Source: Lama glama (Eukaryota). From it: 64,000 nt of DNA. A program made the position numbers and the translations under genes. Under the pieces are notes generated by a model. The model ran no database searches. It saw nothing but the letters and a program-made list of their open reading frames with translations, and had not been told where the DNA came from. Of the stretch, positions 48,548 to 60,245 are shown in pieces. Within the stretch, counting starts at the first letter, position 1, and each line of letters begins with the position of its first letter. Location: positions 22,508,001-22,572,000 of the forward strand of contig CM052818.1 in the NCBI GenBank assembly GCA_028534125.1. The letters are read 5' to 3'.

Positions 48548-49712
48548 AAAAGATAACAAGAAAATGCAATTAACTATGAAAATGAAATATTCGTTGATCT
48601 TCAAGTTTTTTTCTGGCAGAAGTGGGCAGAGACGGAGATCTTTTTATTGATAGCAAGCATTCATTTTTGGTTTCTTTTTTAATAAGAGCCTCCTTTACTC
48701 TCATCAGGTGTAAATGGAGACCCACACCATCAGCTGTATCCATGTCAATGCTCTTGTGTTCTCTGAAGCAGAACTAGAACTTCAGAAGCTTTGCTGTGTT
48801 GATTGGCATTTTCTTTCTCCTCTTGAGAATTATGGAAATACAAAATTTAAAAAAAGAAAGAAAAGAAAATGCGTCCTAAATGAGTGTCCCTTTGTCCTCT
48901 TTGGAATTTAAATGTAGCACAGAACTCTCTGGGTAAGGTTTCAACACAAATAATGCTGATTTTAGATTTTTTAAACATATGAACTAATAATATTATACTA
49001 AAAACAATTGTGTATAATACATTAAAAACCCACACAAAGAGACTAACAAAAACTGGCGTTGCAATGGCTTGTTCTAAATAGGTGATTTCCGAATCTTTTC
49101 TACAGTCAGGACGCTTAATTGAGGGACCCGAATGTAGAAAACCAGCAGAAGCAGGGGTCCTTGAACCAAGTGGGTGCAAGGCCTCAGAGCCCTTCCTCCT
49201 CCCTCACACCCCACTACAACACAATGCACACACATTAGCATGGTGTGGGGGGTGATGGCCACGACGCCCAGCGGAGAGCAACCCAACAGTTTAGACGGCT
49301 AGGCCCTTTCCAGCGCTGAACCTCGAAGAGTCAGGCATGTCCTGTCTCATTCACTCCACCTGGATGGCTGGTGCCTTCTTCTTCCACACAGTCCTTTCTG
49401 GTTTCCAGGGTTTGGGTTCGGATTTTATGAGAATTGCTAGTTATCTCATCATCCTCATCACCTAATCCCCTCTTCTTTCCTCTGTCACTGTCATCAGCTG
49501 CAGCACTCCTCACCCCATCACCCTCACCCTCTGCAGCCTTCCAGTTCCTCAGTGGCACAGACATCCCTAAGAAGGATGTATCCATGGACAGACAGACACA
49601 CACACGCACATACCATCTACAAGTCTGCAAAGGGGTCCCCTGGAGCTCAGGACTTGGAGATGAGAGAGGGGCCTGGCAGCCCTGCTGGTCTCCCTCCCTC
49701 TGCCCTCACACA

Positions 49713-49740
49713 TTTAGTTAGTTAGTTAGTTAGTTAGTTA
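49713..49740. repeat. (TTAG)n tetranucleotide repeat at the tail of an antisense L2 (~49740-49870)
   Basis: 'ttagttagttagttagttagttagtta' followed by 'tttattaagcaccactctatcccagctactgtgctgggttctggg'. Confidence 0.85.
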
Positions 49741-49875
49741 TGTAACTCATTCTTTTGATAAAGGTTTATTAAGCACCACTCTATCCCAGCTACTGTGCTG
49801 GGTTCTGGGATTCCTTCCCCATGAAGCTTACAGTCTTCTAGGGGAGATGAACATTAAAGGAAAAATCATTCAAGT

Positions 49876-50005
49876 GGGGAGGGTAGAGCTCAAGTGGTGG
49901 AGCTCATGCCTAGCATACACCAGGTCCTGGGTTCAATCCCCAGTACCTCCTCTAAAAAACAAAATAAATAAACCTAATTACCTCCCTACCCCCCCCCAAA
50001 AGAAA
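49876..50005 (+). mobile_element. vic-1-like SINE
   Basis: 'ggggagggtagagctcaagtggtggagctcatgcctagcatacaccaggtcctgggttcaatccccagtacctcctctaaaaaac...aaacctaattacctccc'. Confidence 0.95.
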
Positions 50006-50372
50006 TAACCATTAGATAGAAATGCTTGATAATAATGGTCTAAGAACATCTAAGAACATCTTCCTCTCTCTGTGGCCCCCCTGCACTGCCCACAGACACA
50101 CACAGTAAGATCTAAGGGCCTTTAGGATACCAGCTCACCCAGCTCCTACCTTCAGGAAGTTCTGACAGCCTGAGAGGCCTTGCAAAGGAGCCCAAATGTC
50201 CCAGCAGGTCCTCCTGAGCCACAGGGAACATGTGGACAGAGGCCAAGACCACTAGGCCCCTCCCCAGCCCTGTCTCCTGACTCTGGGCACCCTGGATGGG
50301 ATTGGGGGTGGTGGATTCTCTAGGCAACTTCCTCTCCCTCACCCCATCCCCACAAACAAATGTCAGCAGCAC

Positions 50373-51736
50373 CAAAATGGGTCCAAGTTTCATGGGGCCT
50401 TAAACTTGTATAACTTAGAGGGCCATCTTTCAGAAACCAAAAACAAAATACAAAAGTAAGTTAAAAAGTGAATATTTATTTCTTTAAAATGCTTCTTATT
50501 CTTACCTAAAAAAAAGAAAAAGAAAAAAGACACTAATGAACTCATCTGCAAAAGAAACAGACTTGCAGACATAGTAATGGTTACTGGGGAAAGAGGGTAG
50601 GAAGGGATAAATTTGGGAGCTTGAAATTTGCAAATGTTAACCACTGTATATAAAATTAAATAAAAACAGATTTCTTCTGTATAGCACAGGGAACTATACT
50701 CAACATCTTGTAATAACGTTTAACAAAAAAGAATATGAAAACGAATATATGTATATATCTGTATGACTGGGACATTTTGCTGTACACCAGATATTGACAC
50801 ATTGTAACTGACTATACTTCAATTAAAAAAAATGCTTTCAATAAAAAAATTTTTCTAAATGCTTCTCATTCTTTTCTAGAAGTCACATCATTTTTTTAAG
50901 TTGACAAATGCACAAACAAAAATAATATTCTAATAAATTAACTCACTGACACATCTTTATCATACTTGACATTTCAGGATGCATGTTCTCTTTGACTCAT
51001 CATAGAGCAATCAATTATTTCATAATATCATTTTCCATACAGAATATAGAAGGGTCTATTAACCTAACATACTCAGTCGAACTATGGACTTAGTTATTCA
51101 GAATTTAGAAACGTTTATTTCAGCTCCTCAACTCATGTCACATGAATTTTTAGGACTGTTGTCAGTTGAGTAAATCCTTAACAGTTTCATACATGAGCCG
51201 TAAGATTAAAAGAACTTTTCACAGACTAGCTTCTGGCTCTGTACATTTCAAATCTTGTTTCTCTACCACTTCCCACAGTTTCCTGTCCTGAGAGCCATAG
51301 GACACATGCTCGCTGCATCACACCAGGTGAGTCAACACCATGGGAAGCAGGATTCCTGGAAACCATCCCTCCCCCAGCAACTGTAATGATACACAGAAGT
51401 GACCAATAGCCACATTTATGAAATGCTATATACGTACACTGCCTCCCACAAAAATATTCGCCCTCACTCAATGCACTCCCAACTCAAGTTTCCCTAAGCT
51501 GGATCCCAAAAATGCCCATAGTTATTTCAATAGCACCTTACAGGAGGGAAAATGTGACAGAGGGGAAGTCAGGGTGAAAAGAAACAGCAGCCTTCAATGA
51601 CCGTGGTTGAAATAACGTACTTCTGCAAGGTTTTGCAAAAACATGAGACCGTGTGAGAGCATTGCCAGGACCCCACCACCACCACCACCAAGGCCTTGGA
51701 AGGACCCCAGCAAGTGAGGGGCCCAGTAAGACTCTG
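50373..51736 (+). mobile_element. FordPrefect-like hAT-Tip100 DNA transposon, interrupted by an L1
   Basis: Left end 'gggtccaagtttcatggggccttaaacttgtataacttagagggccatctttcagaaa...aaagtgaatatttattt' and right end 'gcaagtgaggggccc...ctctg' match the consensus as I recall it. Confidence 0.75.
50504..50856 (+). mobile_element. Young lineage-specific L1 3' end
   Basis: 'gacactaatgaactcatctgcaaaagaaacagacttgcagacatag...tatagcacagggaactatactcaac...tgactgggacattttgctgtacaccagatattgacacattgtaactgactatacttcaattaaaaaaa'. 17-bp TSD aaatgcttct(t/c)attctt at 50487-50503 and 50857-50873. Confidence 0.95.
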
Positions 51737-52226
51737 CAAAGGGGGGCAGCCTTGGAGATGAAAGAGGTGAGGAGAAGGGTAATTACTGGGGCGGAGGCCT
51801 CGGGCTGTGGCCTGGTGGCACAATTATCTTAACAAGTTAAATTAGCCCCAGATAAACCTGTACCTAATAAACCTGGACTGCTTGTGCCTGGAGCCTCCAG
51901 GAGGAAGGAGGACTTCAAAGCCCCAAGGCCAGGTCATCAGAGGTGGTTGTTATAGGCCAAGGCAGGGCCTGAACCTCACCTCTCACGTGCCCAGCACCCA
52001 CTCACACAGGGGCATCCACACAGACTCTGCACCCTGACACACCTTTGTCTCTTTCTCCCCAGAATAACACAGACCCCTAAGAGCCATTCCCAAACCCAGG
52101 ACCAGGTTCTCCTCGGGGCCTCCTTGAGAGGAGGAGGGGGAGTGGAGGGGAAGAAATGGAGAAGGTCCTTCCTTCTTATTCCCCACTCACAGGGTGGGAC
52201 TTACACTGGGGGACACTGGCTGCCAC

Positions 52227-52627
52227 CTTTCTTTTTTTTCTTTTTTTAACTGTATTGAGGAACAATGGACACAACTGTATATATTTAAAGTGCATAATGT
52301 GATGATTTGATAAACATATACATTGTGGAATGATTATTAAGATCAAGATAATTAACACATCCATCACTCACATTGAACATAGTTAATTAACCCTTTTGTG
52401 TATGTGTGGTGAGAATGCTTAAGATGTCCTCTCTGGAACTTTCAAGTCTCTAATACCGTGCTATTAACTTTAGTTACCGTGCTGTACCTTAGTTCCTCAG
52501 AACTTACCCTTCTTACAACTGAAGGTGTGTCCTCTTTGACCTCTATCACCCCAATTTCCCCTCCCTTTAAGAGAATGGCAACCACCATTCTATTCTTGCT
52601 TCTATAAAAACCTGTCTTTCTTTTTTG
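52227..52627 (-). mobile_element. L1MA-like 3' end
   Basis: 'atatatttaaagtgcataatgtgatgatttgataaacatatacattgtggaatgatt...tgtggtgagaatgcttaagat...ggcaaccaccattctattc'. Confidence 0.9.
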
Positions 52628-54174
52628 ACTGTTCACGCCAGCACCAAAGTCCAAGGTGCTGCAGACCTGGAATGCTCTCCGCCCTTCCTCTTCTTTCATT
52701 CCAAGTATCTCTCTCAACCAAGAAGCAGGGACCAGGCAGTGGGACAAGTTGCTGACTCTGTGGTTCAGAGCACAGTTATGTGCTGAGCCCCAGATCATGC
52801 CAACCTCACATGATACAGGCTGGAAAGGGGGTGATGTCACCCACTGGCCCCAGCCTCCACCCCAGGACAAGTGGGAAACGATGGGGGCTCAGAGCTTGGA
52901 ACCTCCCATGGCTGCAAGGTTGGCCAAAGTCCTGGCTTGCCTCACTCAGGCCCCAGGGCCTGGAGACCTGCCCCACAGCCCTGGCTTCTAGGATCCAGGG
53001 CAGCACAAAGCCCCAGGTTTTGCCAAGGAGTTTAGCTGATGAGCAAAGGGTCTTCAAAGAACACCAAGGTGGGAGTCAATGCCCTGGGTTCGAATTCCAG
53101 GTCTCAGGAGTTCGGGGAGAGTGAGGGGAGATAATGGCCTTAAAGATCCTTGGACAGGGGGTGAAGGGGCCCCTCATCCTGAGTAAGAAGAGCCACGAGC
53201 AGGCGGATCGGCCAGAACTAGCTGGGAGTGGGCCAGGTCTCTGAGGCTCTTCCGCTCAGGAAAACCCTGTTCTCCGTCCTCAGCCAGAGGGCGAAGGAAA
53301 ACAGGAAACACATGTTCTGTAGGGGAGGCTGAGCACCCAGCCTGGAGAAGCCCCCAGGGAGGGCCAGGCCCCTGGATGAGAGTTTTCCAGCAACACCTCG
53401 GGACCCAACACTGACCAGCCTTGAGGGAGAAACATGCTCATCAGGCTTATACAAAGAGCCCAGAGCTGCTAGGCCAACAACTGCATTCTCACTCAGAAAC
53501 TCCTGTGCAAACTTGGGCCAGAAGGTCGGCCACTCTGGTCCTCTCTTTCTTCCCTGATCAAATGGAGGTGATTGTCCTTGCCTCCCTGTCTTGCCTGCCT
53601 CGCTGGTTTTGGAAACGACAAAGTACCACACACGTGGGAACACTGTTGGGAATCCCAAAGTGCTTCCTCTCTCCCTATCTGTCACGCCTTAGCCTCCAGG
53701 AAGCCTTCCCTGATTGCCCAAAGGAAAGGCCCGACTCATTCATGTGATCCATTCTGGCCTTCACCATTTACCTCTCTCTGAGGGGCCTGACACTCTGCAT
53801 CAGTACAGACATCTGGTCCTGCATCCATCTGCCCACATCCTTCTCAGACCCACACTGCAGGCCTGGCTCACAGCACTCCATCTCTCTCAAGACCAGAACC
53901 CCCATGTGGTTTCCCAGGGAGGAGGAAGCTGGCTCAAGTGTAAGAACATGGTGTGTGCGTGGAGTGCATCCGCCTGTGTCATTCCGGACCGAGTGTCCAC
54001 GTTTGTTCCCTCTGTTCCTCTTCAAGAGCCCTCTCAAAACCTGGCCTGGCCACCGTGACCAGCAGACGTCTCAGGCAAGGGCTGGGGGCCTGGTGGGGAG
54101 AAAGGAGGCCAGGGTGCTGGGTCAGCTCTCCCTGCAGAGTCGCTATTTCTGAGACAGCCACTGGAAGTGGGTGC

Positions 54175-54607
54175 TCTTCCTTCTACCATGCAGAGTTGCT
54201 ATTTCCCAGCCACTCTTTTATTTTTTTAAATTGAAGTATAGTCAGTGACAATGTGTCCATTTCTGGTGTACAGCACAATGTCCCAGTCATGCACATACGT
54301 ACATATATTCATTACCCGGCCACTCTTGCGTGGGGTGGGGCATACGACCAGTTCTGTCACTGAGCTGTCACATCCAGGTCAAGGTGGTAAAGAGAAGTGC
54401 AGAGGACTTTGAGGCCATAAGGGAGGGCGGAGCCATTGATGCAAGGAGCCTGGATCCATGAATCACCACATAGAAGGCCTCCTGCAGGCCTTCTGTTCCT
54501 GCAGGAACATCCACCTTGCACTGTTATGAGTGAGAATTAAAATCTCTGGTGCTCAGTCACTGACATTTTGGGATTTATTCCTTTTATCAACAAATATTAC
54601 CCTAATT
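54175..54607 (+). mobile_element. MaLR LTR (MLT1I/J-like) with a nested short L1
   Basis: 'tttcccagccactcttgcgtggggtggggcatacgaccagttct...gcaaggagcctggatccatgaatcaccacatagaagg...gttatgagtgagaattaaaatctc...ttaccctaat'. Confidence 0.75.
54218..54314 (-). mobile_element. Very short young L1 3' end
   Basis: 'ttttaaattgaagtatagtcagtgacaatgtgtccatttctggtgtacagcacaatgtcccagtcat' is antisense to the end of the 50504-50856 element. TSD ccc(a/g)gccactctt at 54205-54217 and 54315-54327. Confidence 0.95.
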
Positions 54608-55064
54608 TGGTAAGGGGCAAGAGAAAAATGAGCTTGACATCCCAGAACTGCCTACCTAGACCCCAGTTAGGGCCTGGAACATGATCTGAGCCCACCCCTC
54701 CAGTCTTGGTTCGGCCATTGGTTCGGCCCCAGCTGGGGGGAATGCTGTGAGTTCAAACAACTGAGAGCAGAACTGTCCATTCCTCACTCATCTTCTGGGT
54801 TCCATCATCAGTCCGGCCTCCCTCCAGCCCCACCAATCCCAGGCCCTCCAAACTGGCATCCTGCCTGGGCCCTTTCTGGACTGCATCCTCTGGCACTGCG
54901 TCCTGGCTAGGACGAGGTCTCTCCACTCACCCTGGAGCCTCCCCAGGAGCACGGGTCCCACACTTGCCTGGTGCCCCTAGGCTTGCCCCATTCCTTCCTT
55001 AGAGGCTCCTGAGCCTGTGAAATCCAGCCCCACGGGTGTCCACAGTAGCTCATGGCACTGCAAA

Positions 55065-55290
55065 GGCCTCTGAGCTAAGGGCTTTCTGTGCCTCATCCTA
55101 ATGTCCTCACAACAAGCCTGTGAGGCAGACAGACACCTGGACCACCATCCTGATTCTGCACTAGGGTGTTGTAATTCCCATTTTACAGATTAGAAAACCA
55201 AGGCATGAAGTGGTAAGTCACTCATTCAAGGGCACACAGCTCATACGTGGTAGGCCTAGAACCCAGGTCCTCTAGACTCTGGAGTCCCCA
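55065..55290 (-). mobile_element. MIR
   Basis: 'ttcccattttacagattagaaaaccaaggcatgaagtggtaagtcactcattcaagggcacacagct...gaacccaggtcctctagactctggagtc'. Confidence 0.85.
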
Positions 55291-55517
55291 CTCTGACATC
55301 ACCAACGGCCAAACCAAGGTCCCTGGGCTGGTAGTGTTAGGTGGCCCTGGGACATTCTGAGTTTTCCTAGAGAAGGTGGCATTTGGCGTTGAGTCATAAA
55401 AGCTTACTGCACCTGGTTTTCCTTCCAGGGCTCTGTCAGTTGCTCACATGTGTGTGTGTATGTGTGTAAAATTTACATAGGCTTGGACATGGAAATACCA
55501 CAAAAGGGGCTTTAGAG

Positions 55518-55807
55518 CAGTGCTGCCAAAAAGAAAGATGACATAAGCCAATTTCTAGTTGCTACATTAAAAAGGAAAAAAACCATGAAATTAACGTTAA
55601 TAAATTGTTATCCACTATATAAGTAATATTGTCATTTCAATATGTAATCAATGTGCAGTTATGGATGAGCGATCTTACACTCTTGTGCTAAGCCTTCCAA
55701 GTCCAGTGTGGATTTCTCCACAATCAACACATCTCGGCTCAGTCTAACTACATCTCAAGTGATCAAGAGCCACAGGTGGCCAGTGGCCACTGTATTAGAC
55801 AGCACAG
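55518..55807 (+). mobile_element. MER33-like hAT-Charlie DNA transposon
   Basis: 'cagtgctgccaaaaagaaag...tttctagttgctacattaaaaagg...catttcaatatgtaatcaat...agccacaggtggccagtggccactgtattagacagcacag'. Degenerate 8-bp TSD ctttagag/ccctggag. Confidence 0.9.
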
Positions 55808-56396
55808 CCCTGGAGAGGGTCTGGGCTTGGGAGGTCAAGCTGACCCTGGGAACGAGGATCTCGGACATGGAAGGTCTCGTGGATCCTGAAGAGCACAAAT
55901 GCTTCGGGCTGGCTTAGCAGAGAGCTACACAAGTCTGGGAGTAGCACGCAAGGCAGTGACTCCTGCACAAACACAGACCGCTGTGTGTTAGGATTCAGGG
56001 AAAGCAGCGGATGGTTTTAATTTGCTGCAAAGTCGGCATGTGTTTGTACTTTCCTATTTACAGTAGGCCCTCTAAGGAGGCTTGTAAACAACTCAAGGAG
56101 CGTCAAGGAACCCAGCGCTCAATGCAGCTGTTCTGCGTTCCCTGATTACCCCAGACCCCCGGGTGACAAGCCGGCACAGATTAAACCCAGAATGTTTTCA
56201 CCACCGAGGAGCATGGTCTATGAAATGTGACGGGAATGAAATCTGAGGGAAAAGCCAGGTTGGGAAATTGTTGCCAGCTGTGGTATGTGGGAACCCAGGG
56301 GTGGGGAGGGGACCCCAAAAGGAGGCCCCAGGTCCTGCCCTGTGTCACGTGGGGTCTGTGTCTAGCCCTGGAGGTATCACCCAACAGAGAAGTTTC

Positions 56397-56544
56397 TTTT
56401 CTTAAGTTCATTTTGTATTGGTTTAGTTTTTTTTGAGGGGGTTGGAGGTAATTAGGTTTTATTTAGTTATTTATTTTTTTGATGGAGGCACTGGGGATTG
56501 AACCCAGGGCCTCTTGCATGCTGAGCTTGAGCTATACCCTCCCC
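56397..56544 (-). mobile_element. vic-1-like SINE with a small internal deletion
   Basis: 'ggaggtaattaggttttattt...gatggaggcactggggattgaacccagggcctcttgcatgctgagcttgagctataccctcccc'. TSD agaagtttc at 56388-56396 and 56553-56561. Confidence 0.9.
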
Positions 56545-56602
56545 TTCAAGAAAGAAGTTTCAAAAACTCAGGTTAGCCTGCAGAATGAGAATGATACTAT
56601 GC

Positions 56603-56791
56603 CAGAGTCAGTGGAGGCCAGGCCTGTGACCTATGTGGTCACACAGGTCCCTTCACTGACAAGGGCCTGAGACCGTAAGTGCCCCATACTTGGTTTAATG
56701 CTCTGCTGTCACCATCTTGAAATTCTTAATAGCTCTGGAACCAGGGCATTTTTGTCTTGCACTGGGCCCAGAAAGCATGGGGCTGGTCCTG
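56603..56791 (+). mobile_element. MER91A-like hAT-Tip100 DNA transposon
   Basis: 'tgtgacctatgtggtcacacagg...cttggtttaatgctctgctgtcaccatcttgaaattcttaata...ttgcactgggccc...gctggtcctg'. Confidence 0.85.
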
Positions 56792-57344
56792 AATGGAGGC
56801 CGCTGCAGGAAACAAGAAGGCACGTCTGCCCAAGGTCCCCTGCGGGGGAGGGGTTCAGCATCCTCATGACCTTGCCAGGGACCAGTCCCCCGATCCAGCC
56901 TCTTCAACCGTGCATGGAGAGACCATCTGGAGGAAAGGCAGAGCCGGCTTGACGTGGGCTGCCTGAGACCGCCCTGGAGAACAGCACCAGGATGTTGTGT
57001 ATTTTCCAAAGTTCGATTCACAATGGTCTCTTTTCATTTAAAGAAAATACCGCAGCCATTTCCTAGCAAAGGTTAAGTCTTTACACTCAAAAAAAAAAAA
57101 TGTTTTTCAACCTGCCAAGGAATGTGCTTTTTTAAGCTTGCTTCCTGCCCTTCCTGAAGTTGAGGCTCCCTCCCCCTGCTCACAGGGAGAGCCCTGGGGT
57201 CCTAGGAGAGCAGTGAGTGGCCAAGTGGTCACTGCCCCCAAAAGCAGGTCAGGGAAGGGGCAGAGGGCAGAGGCTCAGGGAGCCAGTGCTGGTTGGCCAT
57301 CCCCTGATTTACCCAGAACCAGTCAATCAGGACAGGAGCTGCTG

Positions 57345-59385
57345 ATGGCCAAAGTCCATCAAAGTCTCTTATTACAGAATCTGTAGGATCTGTATTAAAG
57401 TCCCCTTTCTTATTGTTGATATCAATTAGTTCCTATCTCTCTCCCCCTCTTTCTCATGCACCCCCGATTAATTTGACCAGAGGCTTTTTAATTTTACTGG
57501 CCTTTTCATAGGGCCAACTCTGTGGATTCTTTCTAAAATTTGTTTCCAATTTCGTTAATTTATGCTCACATCTTCATTATTTCTATCATTTGGATTTAGT
57601 TTGCTTTGAGTTTAGTTTATTTTTCTAACTTCCTGAGCTGCACATCTAAATCACTGATTTTCAGCTTTTCTTTTCTAACATAAGCATTTGAGGCTATAAA
57701 TCTCCTAAGTCTTGCTTTAACTGCATCTTACATGTTTTGCAATGTAGTCTTTATCATCATTCAGTTCAAGATTCTTTTATTTCTATTGTGATTTCTTCTT
57801 TGACATCAGTTATCAGTTTAGAAAAATACTGATTAATTTCCAAACATTTGAGGATTTTCTAATTATCATTTCTGTTGCTGGTTTTAAGCTTAATTCCTGT
57901 GTAGTCAGTGAATATATTCATTTCAATCCTTTGAAACTTGTTGAGATGTGCTTTATGGCCCCACGTAGCATCAATTTTTGTAAATGTTCCATCTACAATG
58001 GCAAAAAAATGTGTATTTAAAGTTGTTGGAAATTATGTTCAGTAATTCACGTTTATTAATCATCTTGTTCAAATCTTCTGTATCCTTACTGGGTATTTTT
58101 TCTGCTTGGTTTATACACCTCTCACTGAAAGAGATATATAAAGTCTCCCATATACATGATTGTGGATTTTCTATTTCTTTTAGTTCTGTCATTTTTGCTT
58201 TGTTTACTTTGAGGTAATATTATTAGACTCATACAACTTTAGAATTGTTTTAGCTTCCTGGTTAATTGAACCTTGTATTACGGTGAAGTATCACTAACTC
58301 TACTAATAGTTTTTTGCCTTAAATTCTATTGCATTTGATATAAACATAGCCACTCTTAACTTTCTTTGTACAGTATATTTTATCATTTTTTCTGCCAATA
58401 TTTCTGTACACTTATATTTAAAACCTGTCTCTTGTAAGCAGGATATAGTTGTGTTTTGTTATTTGCTCCGACAATTATGTACTTTAAATGGAATGTTTAA
58501 TCCTTCTGTGTTTAATTACTGTTATAATGGGTTTTCATCTATCATCTTATTTGCTTTGTACTCATCCTGCCTGTCCTGTGAACCTCTCATGCCTCCTTCT
58601 GGAGTGATTCAATGTTGTTACAGTGCCACTTGACTTACTCTTTTGAGAATAATACACTTTAGTGTTTTTGCTATTTTTTTAATGTGATGTGGTTGCAACA
58701 TCTATCTTTGGCTAATCAAAGTCTAATACGAACAAGTCCTCCTACCACTTCTTGGATAATGCAACTCTCCCACCATCCTCCAACATGCTGTTATCGTGTG
58801 ATTTCAGATATTTTAATTCACTATACATTTAAAACCCCACAAGGTATCACTGTGGCTGTAGCTGTCGTCAGCATTCATTTACAATTCACACCCATGTTTA
58901 TTGTTTCTACTGTTTTTCATTCCTTCTTGCATCTCCCAGGTTATATTTGAGTTTATATTCCTTCTGCCTGCAGAACACCCTTTAGTATTTCCTTTGGTGC
59001 AGGTCAGCTGGTGGTGAGGTTTATCAAGTGCTGTTTTTCTGAAAGTATATTTATTCCTTCTTTATTTTGGAAGGATACCTGAGCTTCTATAGACTTCCAC
59101 TTGGTACTTACTCTCTTTCAGGGCTTTGAAGATATTACTTCATTGTCTTCTGGCTCCCATTGTTTCACTTGAGAATTCAGCTGTCAGTCTTTTGGGGGGG
59201 TAATTAGGTCTATTTATTTATTTATTTTTAGAGGAGGTACAGGGGGTTGAAGCCAGGACCTCATGCATGCTAAGAATGTGCTCTACCACTTGAGCTATAT
59301 CCTCCCCCTCAGCTGTCAGTCTTTTGTGTCTTTTCTCTCTGCCTGCTCTTAAGATTTTACCTTGGTTATTTGCTCTTCAGCATAC
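57345..59385 (-). mobile_element. Old L1 (L1M) fragment covering ORF1 end, spacer and ORF2 5' region
   Basis: T-rich antisense L1: 'ttctattgtgatttcttctttgac', 'tcaatcctttgaaacttgttgagatgtgctttatggccc', 'tttagtatttcctttggtgcaggtcagctggtg', 'tttgaagatattacttcattgtcttctggct'. Confidence 0.9.
59195..59308 (-). mobile_element. vic-1-like SINE inserted in the L1
   Basis: 'gtaattaggtctatttatttatttatttttagaggaggtacagggggttgaagccaggacctcatgcatgctaagaatgtgctctaccacttgagctatatcctcccc'. Perfect 18-bp TSD tcagctgtcagtcttttg at 59177-59194 and 59309-59326. Confidence 0.95.
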
Positions 59386-60212
59386 AAGTTCCCTGGAAGG
59401 GGTGAAAAGAAATCTGGGAGATGGGTACGTAATGGTGCTTCTGTGACCTCAGATCCAAAGGTCTCTCCTTCCTACAGGCCAAGGGAAGCCCTGAGAGACA
59501 GTTATCTCCTACCTGAAGCCCTAGGATGGTGGCCAGCAGAACTTGGGTCTTCCCCAAGGAGGCTCTTGGGTCTGATCACTGAAGATCAGGACAATAACTC
59601 CAGGGATGTGTAGAAGAGGATGGAAGAAGGGGAGGGTAGACAAGGGAAGACGCCACCTAAGCCATTTAAGACCAACCACAATGATGAGATTAGGACCTTG
59701 ACACCTAAACCCTACAGCCAATGAATGAAGTCTCATCACAGCCCTATAAATTCAGCCCCATGAAGGCCATGATTTGTGCCCCTCAAACAAAGCCCGGTAA
59801 CTACGTGATCAGCCTTCCTGGATTTTCCCTGGTAACCCTTATAACACACATTAAGAGCGAAGCCTATAGCCTCTGATTCTGCCTCATGCCTGGCCTTTGG
59901 GGGAGTATGCTGCAGTAACACGTGTGGGTATGTGTACAGACACCTGGCAGTGAATAGCTACATGGTAATTAGTTTAGAAAAAGGTTTTATTGTAAACAGA
60001 GGAAAACCCTTGGATAAAATATTCAGAAGTTGTACCTTTCCTATTCTATCAAAATCCAAGGCTGCTAGGAGAACTGCACCTACCGCAGTAGCAGCAGAAA
60101 GAAGGATCTTGGCACAGCCAGCTAATTTTTAGCAGAATGTACACTGGCTGAGAGCCATCCTCCCCACACCCTGCCACTATTTCCAGTCTCCAGACAAGCC
60201 TGTGGTATCACA

Positions 60213-60218
<6 letters not shown>

Positions 60219-60245
<27 letters not shown>
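60219..60245 (+). repeat. Poly(A) tract
   Basis: Run of about 27 A seen directly. I recognise no retroelement body immediately upstream. Confidence 0.9.

Noticed and set aside
49340..49372. miR-205-like sequence ('cattcactccacctgga')
   Set aside because: Too many mismatches to the mature miRNA as I recall it and no pairing arm. I recognised no known miRNA in the window.
49430..49545. Prothymosin-alpha processed pseudogene
   Set aside because: Only a vague acidic 'EGDG...GKKR...DEDD' resemblance, with no collinear N-terminus, poly(A) or TSD.
44500..58450. Oppositely oriented L1 ORF2 5' fragments (~44.7-45.7 kb and ~57.4-58.4 kb) as an inversion boundary or large hairpin
   Set aside because: They are homologous only at old-L1 divergence with different boundaries, so independent insertions are the simpler explanation.
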